This document shows positions 38,235-59,600 of a DNA stretch of 64,000 bases, piece by piece; positions within the stretch are counted from its first letter, which is position 1, and each line of letters starts with the position of its first letter. Both the position numbers and the translations under genes were made by a program. Location: positions 7,006,001 through 7,070,000 of the forward strand of contig CM102290.1 of NCBI GenBank assembly GCA_046563655.1, given 5' to 3'. The DNA comes from Yuukianura sp. NJ FZ-2021 (lineage: Eukaryota). The notes under the pieces are model-generated. The model was not told where the DNA came from and did not search any database. It was given only the letters and a program-made list of their open reading frames with translations.

Positions 38235-46630
<8,396 letters not shown>

Positions 46631-49073
46631 ACGCAGCTTCCTAAATTTGTTATACTAGAACAGTTATACACTGCAAACTCCACGTCTTATCAGAAGTGAA
46701 TTTGAAATTGTTGGGATCCTCAAGCCTTGCCCTTGTCTCCATGTAACGTAATATTGCAAAAATATCTTCAATTAATAAATAGGTAAGTGCGCGGGGAGTT
46801 AAGTAGAAACTCAACCAAAGGAAACTATCCAATCACTTAAGTTTCTTTGATTTCTATTGTTACCGGTATTGTTTGTTAATGTACTTACTACGTATGAGAT
46901 AAGCTTTTGGTGTAAATTGCGTTAGACGGGAGAAATCATGAAGTGTAGTTAGTAAGTGTTCGACATGCAGTAGAATGGGTACGCCGGAGTTGGATTTTGT
47001 TAAGCTTAACGATTTAAACTTATCCCCGACTCTTCGAGGGACTTCCTTCAGTGTATGCAAAACTTGAAACACGATTTCTCTTTTTTCTGTTAAAGAATCG
47101 GTTTGCATTAGTGTTGATGTTGTTGGTCAATACTCCACTTCGTTTTTTTTTAAATCGAAATTTAGAGAAATTGCGTCAGCGTGGGACCTATGGAATGAAA
47201 TTTTCATCCATCTATAGCTGCCGGTATATTACTGAGCCAATTCAATTCTACAACAGTATAACTTTAAGGGTTTAACAATCGCAATGTACAAATTAGGCTA
47301 TTTTGGAATCTTGAAATTTATTTAGAAGTCATACCATGTTAAACATCACCCCGATCTTAGTAGTTTGACGTAGTTTGAGACCGGAAGACAGTATTGTACT
47401 GTACTCCGGTTTCAAATACTGTCAGTATAGGGTAGGAGAATACAAGCTTTGTCAGGATCAAGATTTGGAAGTTACGTTTTTCATTCCGTTAACACTGCTG
47501 TAAGTTTCCGAGTCCCACTTTCAAAAAAAAAAGACCAAAACAATGGTGGTACGAAGGAGCTTAGTTCATCGACTTATAAAGAATTTCAAAATTTTGTTGG
47601 GGATTTAAGAAATCGGTAAATTAATCAAAATCCAACGAATACTTTCCGAAGTCGTGGTTACCGCATAGCTAATGAACTATTCAGTAAACTCCGTGTATCG
47701 TCGCCGATACAGTGACTAGGTTGGTCTTAGTTAGTAGTGGTTAAATTGTAATCCACTTGCCTTCAGCGATTCCAATCTCTTTAAATTCTTAAGTTTGTAA
47801 TGTGATAGAAATATTTTTTGGTCCTTTTCTACCTATTGTTATCGTTATTACTGCTAATATTATAAGTCTATAAACCATTGTGTTAAGCAGATATTGTCTA
47901 AGTAGATCTCAATTACCACTTGTTTGTTTTTGTATATGAAACATTCCAGCCATGGAATAACCGGTGTTGAGGCTGTACAAAAGGCGACTTTATCTAAACC
48001 CAAAAGTTTGCCGCATGCGTAAACAGTAATTTCTCATAAAAGATGGGAGATTTTCTTTATTTTTTTTTCTTTTTGGGTAATGAAAGACAATCGTAAACTG
48101 AGTTGGTCGCTATTTACATCACATCACGGCTAGCTTTTGGGTTTAGTGAGGTGTATGGTGAGGAAGTAATTTTTATGTAATGAAGTTCCGGGAGAGTATT
48201 GAATATTCTTTTTCAAATAACGTTTCCTTAATTTAATTTTTTGTTTTGTGTAGACGCATACTTCAATTATTCTCTATTCTTGAGATCGAGGATTCATTGG
48301 AATATTTTTAAACTTAAAACAAGGACGCTGTAGATGTTTGAGATTTGAGTAGCTAAGATAGTCGTAACATGTTGGGGATCGTGGCGTGAACAATGTCAAA
48401 TAATATCTGCTATCAAATAATCTTTGTTGTTATGTTTTCTCGTGAATACTTGGATAAAGGGTTAGAATTGTCCAAATTGAGGTGAACTTAAGATTTCAAC
48501 CCACTACTGCCCATGCCCAATATTAAACGCGAATGTAAAACGTGTCAGTGTAAATCCTTACTATCACCAATTACGTTTTCTTTTCGCACTACTGAACCAT
48601 TCTGCGAAGGTGAAGAAAATACCAATGAAAGTAACTGGATGACGTGCAACTGAATTTTAAAATTAACTTTTGTATTAGACTGTCGTCTGTGTTCTCGTAC
48701 TCATCTTATGTAGGTATAATGAGCTCAATAAAGAAATCATGAGACATGACTGTGAAAATCGTTGATCAAAATTGTGTTCATTCTTCCTTCAGGACAAAGC
48801 CTGTACAACGACTGGCTTTCGCTATTTTCGTACACTCCGATGTATGTCCATATTTATTTTCAAAAGTTCAAAAACACACAAAAACATTCTGAGAGTCTAT
48901 TGAAGGAAACATACTAATTATAAAGGATTTTAATGGTTTTTCTTTAGGAACTTCTCCGTTTTGACAAAAAAATTCGTGTAGAGTTTGACGCATTAATTAA
49001 GATTTGTAAAATACTAGAAAATATACTTATATATGCCATTAGCGACTTAAATTGAAAATAAATTAGCAGCGCA

Positions 49074-52000
49074 TTAGCCTGCCATAGCTTCCTCAGATGC
49101 ATGATGTGCCGACATTACATCATGACATACCGAGATACTGGAATCTTCAGGGTGGTGAACCCTAGTAGACGTAGGTATTGCGTGTAACGTTTTTGACAGT
49201 GAAGAGGAAGTAACTGGACGTGTTTTCCCACCCGCTTCTGAGGAGTCCTCATTTTGTGTCATAGTGGAGTAACCATGGTCACTCTCCGTAAAAACAGAGC
49301 CCAAAGGTGAGCGTGGAGGCGGAACAGGGAGACTTCTTCCTCGACGTAGTTGTCGTCGTATGTAAATAGCTGGCACAGGAAGGACTTCTCCATCACTATC
49401 ACTGTTACTTGGACTTGAGGCTATTTGTGGTATGATTGAGCCCATCGGACTTTCTTGGAGAGGAAGGAGGCTCACATCCGGTTGAGAGAAACTGGATTGT
49501 AAGGCACGCTGACGATAACAACAAAAGACCAGTACTGGAAAAATAAGGAAGACTGCGAGGACTGCTAAAATAGGCAAAATAGAAAGACTCTCGTTCGATT
49601 GTTTCGCTGCTTCGGTTGTAACGGCGTTGCTCTCATCTGGCTGTAACGCATCACCCAAGTATTCACCATTTGGATTGCGCAGAAACCCTACGTTTGTGTG
49701 ACAAACCAAAATTGTAATTACGACTGTTCCGTCAATATAGAAGGCAATTTATGCTCAAAACCTACCATAACACTGAGCGAAGGTAACACACTGCTTCCTG
49801 TTGGCAGTTTCGCACCAAGTGCAGTCTCCAATACCCACGCAATTTCTAAAACAAAAAAGAGAATAAGAACGTCGGAAAAATAAGGTAAAACATGAACACT
49901 TACCCTTCTTCGAGAATGTCAGCGCACGGCGTCAACACGTCACAGGAAAGTGATGAGTTTGCGCAAGGAGTTCCGTCAAAGCTGATAGGGTCTTCAGGAA
50001 ATTCGCACGGTTCTGTGTCAGGTTTAAACTCCATTAGGTTTTTAGTGGTACAAGACTTCGGTGCTTGTGGGCATTCGCAAGGACACTCACAATCGCTCAT
50101 CTCAATGCGGAGACAATTAAGGCAAAGATTATTCACCTAAAAAAAGAAACAAGATCAGTAGGTAACAATTAACTTATGTACGCCGAAATTACGACAACAG
50201 AAGGCCTAGACTTTCTAAATCCACTTACCGTGCTACAAGGGCAAAATGCAGCAGGTGAAGTACAACTATCTTGTATATTCGCCAAAAACAAATTTGTATT
50301 TGGAATCGGTACGATTTGATAATGATAACAAAGTTCTCCAGGCTTCACTTTTTGAATTCCTGCCGCTGGTATAGAAAAAGTGTAGTATCTCTGCAGGCTT
50401 CCTTGCGTGGCGGAAATAGCACTCAATTTATGACAAGTTTGTTTTCGGAGAGGTAGGGCCGTTGTATTAGTTCCATACTGTAGGATGTCAATGGCACAAA
50501 GCGGTTCGATTTGTGTAAGGTGAATAACACTGGAAGTACTTGTAAGAAGACTGGCTAGTCGAGGATGATATACTGTGACGCCATGTTCGTCAAATAGAAC
50601 ACAGCGAATGTTTTGTTTCTTCAGTTTCCACTCTTGATCCTTTGCGAAAGCGCATTCTGGTACCATGTCGGTTAAAACTTTTTCGAAAAAGCCGGTGCTA
50701 ACAGTAGCCCCGAGAATGGCAACAGGTATTGCACGGAATGATCCACTTGACTTCACAACAGCCGTAATTGAACTAATGGGTGTCCCAGCGGCATTTAGCA
50801 TGGGCGGACTGAACATCAACTTTCCGTCGCCTCTAATGCTGCTTCGGAACCATGCAGACGAATGGGGTGTGTAATCTGTGCGCACTTTAATCCCGGGGTG
50901 AATCAGAAGGAACGTTCCTCCTCCAGCGGCGGCAAAGCTAAACCATTCAATTGACACTCAATTAATTTGAACAACATTAGTATTTTCTTTGTTTCCCTAT
51001 TTTCCTTACCGTCTTTGAATGTATTTTCTCCATGCGGAAGTCTCAGACTGAAATTTCCAAATAGGCAAGACGTTGGAGATAACCCCGATGTTGCTTTTTA
51101 CAGAGGACTTGAGTCCTTTGTTTTGATTCCGGAGCAAACCGCTGCTGTCACTTAGAAAGGCCATGACAGCCATGGAGTGTTTAGCTGCGTGAGTGAAGGT
51201 CGTCAACGGATTAGAAAAGGCAGACGGTGACAAATACAATGATGCCTTTTTGTAATTAACCGCTCCATTGCCACAGCATTGTTCTTGTTCCAAAAGAAGA
51301 TGATGTTGAATATCTGCTTTCGGGCTAAGCCATGCCTTCTTGAGGACCATTTCCTCCCGATACGGAAAACACCCCGCGCCATCATCGAATGTCACAAGAA
51401 CCACAACATAATTTTGAACTCTGGCCCATGCGTATGAGACCTAAAATGAATCAAGACAAATAACATGCATGTATCAACGCCAAAGGCTCTTCACTCCATC
51501 AAAAAACGTTTAGTTAGTGTAGTTTTACCCAGCTACTCCGGTTTGGCTGCTGCAAGCTTTGGCATCCAGAAAGCTCATCTGTTAGCCGCTTCTTCAGCGA
51601 GTCAAAACCTGGTCGTACTTCCATTTGTTCAATTTGAATTGGCGAAAGAGCTTCGTAACTTGTATCTGCCTTTCCAAACGCAGGATGAGCAATTACTCTC
51701 CCTAAAATCAATAAGTCCAATGAATTAAGATGATTCAAAAGTAGACTAATTGCGTAAAAACAAAAACTGAAGCGAAAACTAAAACATCCAAGACGAACCA
51801 TTGATGTCAATCAGAAAAACATAGCTTTTAGCATCGCATTGATTTTCGTTTACGTAGTACAAAATCTGTTGAGTGAAGTGCGTCACTGGAATTTCAGCAG
51901 CAACCAATCCCACAACAATCCCATTAAAAGCCACGTACTTCTTTGCAACGATAACTGGTTCTAAAAAAACAAGACAAACTATATACTGTTTTGATCTCAA

Positions 52001-54122
52001 CTATGAGCTGCGCCAGTTCCACATTACGATTAATAATCTGTAAAGATTGTATTAATTAGTTTAATAGTTTTAACTAACCTTTGGAAACAGGATTCCAATG
52101 AGGAACAGAAAATTCGACACTTGAAGAATTTTTCACATCCTCAGGGAAGAACTGATTGAGAACGTCCGATAAAGACCATAACTCCTTTTTCGTATTGAGC
52201 TTCAAAGCCACTTTAATAGCAAATTCCTCTGGCCCCATTTGATCCGCAAATTGAACTTGGACGTTCCAAATGTTCTTGGAAGAACTTCTTTGTAAGCGTG
52301 TTTTGTAACTCATTTCGACGTTTTTCTCGGTTTTTCCGAGAAAGTAGGATTCGATGAAAACAGGACAAGGAGAGTTAATTGAAAACGGGTTGGAAGACTT
52401 GTTAAATTGAAGCTCGTGTGATATATGAATGATTGTCACAGCCGACGGCGGAAAAGGTAGCTGCCCTGAAAAATTTGCACATGCTATTTGGAGCGATCTA
52501 TTCAATGGCCACAAAGCATCATACTCCTCTTCATCAAATTCCACTTCCACTCCTTTTGGAGCTTTATATCGTTGCTCGACGTTGTCCAAGTAGCTCAGAA
52601 TTTGATTTCGAGTCCATGGAGTCACAGGCATGGGCTGCCCACAAACAAAATAGGAAGAGACGTCTTCAGGATCAATATCCATAACTCCAACCTCATTTGC
52701 TTCGTCCATAAATCGTAAAAGCATCCGAACTGAAAATATTAAAGACATCTTAAATACGTAACTGGAAAAATTAATCAAATTAAAATCAGAAATCCAGGGA
52801 TTGTCCGATATAATACTTACTTATATCTTTCGTCGCGGAAATTCCTTCCTGGCTCGGACTTCTGCCCAACTGAATTAAGAACAACAGACGGTGGACTCGC
52901 GAATCAGTCTTAGACTTCTGAATCAGCCACATTTTTCTTTCACGGTGAGTTTTCGGCATCAATACAGACCGTGGCCCATCAGGCGCAGCTGAATTAGCAT
53001 GGCAGTTTTGAAGATTTGAAGGATATTCGACATAGATTCCATCCGGCGAAACAAAATACTGCCATCGCAGACTAGGCTCCTTTACTGAATTTTTTATCAT
53101 AACTGAAAGTAAAAAGAAATGAGGCGATCAATCTGAGAACTTAAGTCCTAGAAATGAAAATTACCTTGACTGAAGATAGCAGGAACGAAAAAGTTACTTT
53201 TGGATTTAGAAACGGTGTACCAACACGCCATATCCCTACGAACTTCTGATTTGTACTCGACGTCATATCTGTCGCAAAAGCCAGGGGTAAATGATTATCC
53301 ATTTCATTCCACAATATGTGAGATATTTGAATTCTTTGTTATACTTACAGTAAAGAACCGGCGTCCAAGTCACAGCATTTTGGCAACAGAAGTGTATCGT
53401 TGCTTAGGGCAAACAACTTCACGGAGTCGGCAAGTCTTTCGACTGAGTCGACATAGCCTTCAAGCTGAATTGAAAAATTCTTTCCCAAGGCTTTCGCCAG
53501 ATCTTCCAACCCATCCCGAGTTTTTATTTCGAAGGATGTAGACCCAAAAAGATGCTGTAAATTCAAAAAATCAATCAATCAAATAAAACGCTATAATTTT
53601 CATTATAAAGCATTATAACTATAGTTTCATGAGCTCAACATCCTTTTTCTCGCTTCAATTAGTATTTTGTCATTGTTTGTGCTGATGAAATTGGTAAAAT
53701 ACGAAGTTAAAATACTGAGCTCAAACCTTCGTTTCGTTTACACCCAGCTCCGCGTTGAACAAGTTATGAAAAAATGTCCCCAGCGTTTCCACCGATGATG
53801 TTAAACTTGTCATTCTCCACATGTCTCTAGCTGCGTCCTTATGCATAACTGCACATGAAGGCGATATTAGATTAACGTGTACTTTCATTGATAATTAATT
53901 ATTCGGACGAGAAGATTGGCGCCACGACACTTACTTACCATCATTCGAATATTGATTCGTAGATCCAGCTGATGTATGGACGTGTATCGAAGAATTCGTA
54001 GGGCAGTAAAGCGACGTAACAATACAAGCCAGATAGAATATCGCTTGAAACTCCAGCGATAATAACGAAGACAAACGGAGAAGGAACCGGTTGCAGTTCA
54101 TTTTTTTTTCGTGGTTTAACAT
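49074..54122 (-). CDS. CACHD1: VWFA and cache domain-containing protein 1 (alpha2delta-like type I membrane protein, ~1316 aa)
   Basis: Thirteen exons join in frame: 53939-54122, 53727-53848, 53349-53554, 53165-53268, 52821-53102, 52079-52729, 51799-51960, 51529-51701, 51010-51440, 50229-50937, 49904-50136, 49766-49845 and 49074-49687. Motifs include NAELGV, LRWQYFVSPDGIYVEYP, FLIDINGRVIAHP, LYLSPSAF, AFCPCST, CECPCECP, a transmembrane segment and cytoplasmic ESDHGYSTM. The start may instead be the ATG at 54101. Confidence 0.9.
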
Positions 54123-55238
54123 TCAAGTCTACTTGCCTCAGCTTTCTGCTATATGAAAAAGAACCAGAATTTCAATTCAAGTACTAGTTTTATGGGAATT
54201 TTGCTATACTGTCGGCAAATTACTAAATTAGCATTAAGATTAGATTATTCTAATACCGGACTAGGACATGGCTAAGAGTGACCGCGTAGGTAGAAACGCA
54301 AGTTTCAGGAATAATATTGTGACACCATGACAAAACCCACACAACCCACCGCGAATGACATCCCCGCTGGTTTCTAAAAGAAAAGAAAGAACTTCGTAAG
54401 TCAATTGTACTGCTGAATAACTATTAAATTACTACTTAAGTTACCATTGTATTCTCAATCTGCTTCGTTCATTCCCAGCGTCAGTGACAAAATTACGTCT
54501 CTATCCTGTTTACAATGACCCTAACTTCCTAACCAAAGAATTTATGGTTTACGGTTGTAAAAGAAACTGATGTACTATGTTATAGGTTAAATCTTTTACC
54601 TTAGTATAACTTTTGGACACAAGGAACACACAATTAACACAAACAAATTAAAACAATGCTACTTGACTTAATTTTCATTGCAAGTAAACAAAACAAAACA
54701 GAGAGGCGTGAAATCAAACTGGCGCACGTATGGTGCGGCATACTTTTCGACTAGAAGAATTCCATCTTTTTCACTTTGCAAAAGTTTTGTGTCGCACGTT
54801 GCGTTCCACTTGCGACACGCAACCTCCAGAGACGACACGTCTCTAATATGCTTAATGAAAACGATGAAAGAAAAAATCAACGAATAGTACTTGTTCAGTT
54901 TGTTAACCAACAGCGCTTAAACTTCTTAATCCATTACGTAGAATTTTCTGCCTAGGTTTACCAAGTTGAATTGGAACTTCCAACTTCGAAGTTCACGAAA
55001 TATTCATGTCACGTAGGAACGAGCAACAGACAAATTAAGTAAATTGTAACGATTGTTTTGTCATTCAAGTCTTTGCCCTTTATAAATCTCCTAATATTTG
55101 CACACAACTTGTCATGCGCATCTTATAAATATAACAGATTTCTTCAATACAAACGGTAGCTAAAAAATATATACTGGAACGAGTTAAATCCAGCAGGTAC
55201 AAACAGAAACGTTAGATATATGACAGTTACGTTCATAC

Positions 55239-55949
55239 TTATACCTCTGAAAACGATTGTACACAATCTTCAAGTACTTCGACCTGTTCTGGAGGATTCT
55301 GGGACTGGATCTCGGAGATTGCAGGGCGCAGACGATTGGGGAGTTGCTTCCTATCTTGCTCTGACGATTCTGCTTCATCGTTTGAGTCATCCGACAGCAA
55401 ACACAGATTCTACACACGGATCAAATACATTTATTTGGTTAAAAAAATAGCATAATACCACTATGAGATGCAGCGTAACGAATTCCGTTAAATAAACGAC
55501 AAATAAGGAATTCCAATATTTGTCGTCCGATTAACGGACTCCGTTACAACAGCCGTTTGGCCAATACCATTTCGACGTAAGACTCTGAACCTTCAGGCAC
55601 GTTCTCAATGTTTATGTCCTCCTGGTTCAATTTGGCCAGCGCTAGGTTTGCGTGCTGGATCTGGGGCAAAAAATCTCTAACCCTTCCAATAATGGATGTC
55701 TGAAGCCGAGATGTCACTGGACGTTTTGGACTTTGCAGCATTCGTTCCAAGAAAACTTCTTTTCTTCTTTCTACTGTAATACACAATAATAAATCCTATA
55801 AAATTCAAATTAGTTAAATTGGTTTCATACGTACAGGCCTTGTCCGAAGGTGTATCCAACTTCATCGTTTTGTTCTGCGACGGCAATGTTGACTTTTCAG
55901 TAACTGCAACGTCGGATAGTGTGGAGATATCACGCGGTAAGCCAGCCAT
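55239..55949 (-). CDS. NOPCHAP1: NOP protein chaperone 1-like (C12orf45/DUF4598), ~163 aa
   Basis: Exons 55835-55949, 55568-55773 and 55239-55409 join in frame. The core SIIGRVRDFLPQIQHANLAL...INIENVPEGSESYVEM|NLCLL followed by an acidic stretch fits the family pattern as I recall it. Confidence 0.75.
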
Positions 55950-56692
55950 CTTAGTAAACTGGTATAGCCAAAACCCTAGAGTTTAGCGATTAAATTCAAG
56001 CCTATAATATTACTAAAATCAAGATTGAGTGATTACCCTAGTCTTTGCTAAAACCTAGAAAAACGAACGGAGGGAGTTTCCTCAAATCACCAATTATTAA
56101 GCAAATTAAGATTTAACCACCTTAATTTTTGTCTTTTTAATCGTTCAGAAAACTTAGACTCCGTAACAAGTGCGAAACCCTGCCTAAATCCGAGAAAAAT
56201 GAATTTCACGACAGACACAGAACAGAACACGAAAAACAGAAAACAGTTTTCTGAACCAAATTTTTTCCGCCATCCTACTCCGCGCCTTCCTCGTGTAGCC
56301 TTGTCGCAACTAACATAACGTGTACATCTGTACGACACGAAAGTCAGTTCATTTGTTACCAATCCTGTGCGATCAATTAAAACATGATTGATTAGGCACA
56401 CGACATTGTTTTAATCTCACAACTACGTTTGTAAGAAAATAGCAGCGTATTCTGTATAACAAAATATGAATAATGTTTTATCTTGTACTTAGCTTTTCTT
56501 AAATTCATTGCATGCAATAGTTCATTTTCTGACCCTAAAATAAAGGAAAGCGCTTCTTTGAACACAGCTACTACCCGAATTTATCAATAGATTTGAAGTG
56601 TTGCGTGATTTCTGTGACTTTCAGATAGGAAGTTCTTCTTTGGCAGTTTTCGTTTCCTCTTGGTCCCTAAATTAACTAGCATTGAAAGCTCA

Positions 56693-59600
56693 TTATGGTG
56701 GATGAACTGTGGACCACCACCACCAGCAGTAACAAACCGTGTTAACAACGGATTCAATCAAACTCAGCATCTCCGGCTCAAGTTCAGGGGACTTACTCCC
56801 ATCTTGCGTTTCCTGAACTTCTTTGAAAAGAATGCTCAGATCCTAGTCAAAATGATAGAAATAGAAAGTAGATAGAAATTAAATCACGAGAATTGAACTC
56901 AACAGAATCATGCTGAGGGATGATATGTTATGTTACCGCGTTTCGCTTTTCTAAATTGATGTCCAGCATCACAATGTGCTTCGTAACCCTGCAATATTAA
57001 TGTTAGGCGTAACAAGATTCCCTTTTTTCCATTTTTTCTCTCATCATCAAAAATTATAACTATTAATTCATGTTTCCTTACTTTGGTGAGACGTTGTCTG
57101 AATTTGGACTGAAAATTGCCAAGTGATGACTTGACGCATCAGGAGACGCAAAGTAGCGGAAGTTGTGTAAACCACCCTGGGTAATGAGCTTGAGTAAACT
57201 CTACGACACAAAAATGGTGAATGATCAAGTTTCAAGGACCTCAGCGCGTACTAATAGTACGAGTTCGAGTTCGATCTTCTTGCGTAGTTTATGTCAAAAA
57301 ATGTTCATAAACTGTACCTGGTAAAATGAAACAGGCTGACGAAGTAAACACGCTAGGCGTAAATCCATTTCCCTCAGAGATTTGATATGCACCAGCTCAA
57401 GTAATTCCCCAAATTCCCAATATGTCAATGCCCCAACCTGAAACGTTTCAATGGTAAAATTAATCTGAGCTAATTTTATAAAAATCATATTATTAGTACC
57501 GTTTCTCTTGAAATAAGGTCTTCCTTCTGATTCTTGTGTCTTTCAGTGTTAGCTAGAACGAGGCGTTGCCACAGTAGATCTCGACGACAGTCTACGGATG
57601 CTGTGCTGACCAAATCCCGAATTCTATCTTCCACCCAAACTACTTGCTCAGAAACAATTTGTTGCATCATTTGCTCATGAGATGAAAAGAATCCCATGTA
57701 GTGTACCGATTCCTCTCTACAATTTCGAAGAATAAGTTTATGATCTACAACTTACTCGTTAGTATGTGCCGTCTCCTCTCGAATTAAGAAATAAACCCTC
57801 ACCGGATTCCTGGATAAGCACGACCAGTGTCTCCAAACGAATCGGCTTGATGTACCAAATCGGCTACAGAGGTTCTTCTTTGTACATTCGATTTCGGATC
57901 AGTTGCAGTTACTGGTCCTACTTTCAGTGCTCGACGAACTGTCAATGCCTCGGGTGTACTCACCAAGCATAATTTCCCATCTCCAATTTCATCGCTCACC
58001 TTAGGATACAATTCTCTGTAAGGCAATAAGGCAAATAAATCACAAATCAATTTGATTTCAATACCCAACTAAGTACAAAGGAAAACCGAATTCTGTTCCT
58101 CACCTTCGGCTGGTGAGAATTATATAATACTTCAACCGGAGGACGGAAGGGTCAACAGAGTAAGGCGTCAACATCGGCGGAGAGTCGTGGGCAATTAGCA
58201 GCGTTAAGTCGAACTCGTCACACTGTCGTTCATCATCCATATCTCTATACACAATCTTCTTGGACGACATGTCCACTAAAATGAACTGTTGAAGACAATG
58301 CTTTAAAACAAAACTGGAGTTAATAATTTAGAGTAAATGTTGAGAAAAAAAGCTGAAATGTTAGTGCGAGAACTAACCAACCTACTTTTCATATTTTAGT
58401 GACTGTATACTTACGTTGTTCTCATAGCTCCTCTCTACATTCATTCGAATGACTTTCATGTTGTACAGCTTTTCCAACATGTAACTGAACAGAATCATTG
58501 CAGGAGTGGTGACATTTTGAATAGTCAGCATTCCTAAAAAGTTTGAAATGATCCTTAAATTGCCAATAAACATAGTAAATGCACAGATTCATGAAAATAC
58601 ACATTTTTTTTACCAATATGAACCGTGTTACGTGCAAAATTGGGTCCTTTTGGGTAATACTTGATAAAATCATCCAAAAAGTTCGTAACGTGGTAGCCTT
58701 GTTTGAAAAAAAGTTGCCTTCCCAAAATGTAGGAATGGATGCTGCGCAAATGGAAATCATAGGTGAACGAGTGCAGGTGCATCAATACTTTCATCCTCTC
58801 GCATTGAGCAACAAAGTCCAAAATGTTCTGTCAAAAAGAAACAATTAACTCCTTCCTTTTCATTAAGCGTCAAAAGCGAAAATTGGATTTATCAGTGAAT
58901 TTGAGTAAAAAAAAAATAAGTGTATTGGCAATACCTGGTAGGCAGAACCCTTCCTGGACTTTCTGCCTTGAATCCGAGTAACTTCCAACGTATGGATTTT
59001 GGCATAGAAAAATGGTTCAGTTAAGCCTACTTCGAAAAGAATTATTCCACCAGGCAAACTCTTTTGAAGGTAGTACACTTTGTCTTCCCCATTGCCACTG
59101 TCTTCACGAACTCGTCGCGCATAGTTGTTGAAAGTGACACCAAGGCTATGTCCGGATTGACTAGAACTTGAAGATAGCATGCTGGCTCCACTGATGTGGC
59201 GCAGTCGCTCTGCTTCGGCAGCTTCTGGTTTTCCAGCGCTTTGAGCCCTGTGGAGAAAAAGAGAGTTCAATTTAACTTCCCCGGGCACTAAAAAAAAACT
59301 TGTGTTCTTACAGTTTCTTTGTGACAGCATTCCGTCCTTGAATCGGAATGAAACCCAACGTTTGTAAATATTGCATGTACTCCTGAATGAAACTGTCGCA
59401 AAGGGCTCCATGCCACTTCTCATCGCCCCTCCTCCCTGTCCCCGTTCCCCCGCCACTACTTAAATTCGTTAGAGAATGATTTCCACTCGAGGATGGTTGG
59501 CTTTCCTGACTCAGTTGTGATGAAGAGTTTTGCCACAATCCCCATATTGACTTGCTTCGGCCTTTTACGATACTTGGCCCTGTCGAATCCATACTTTTTT

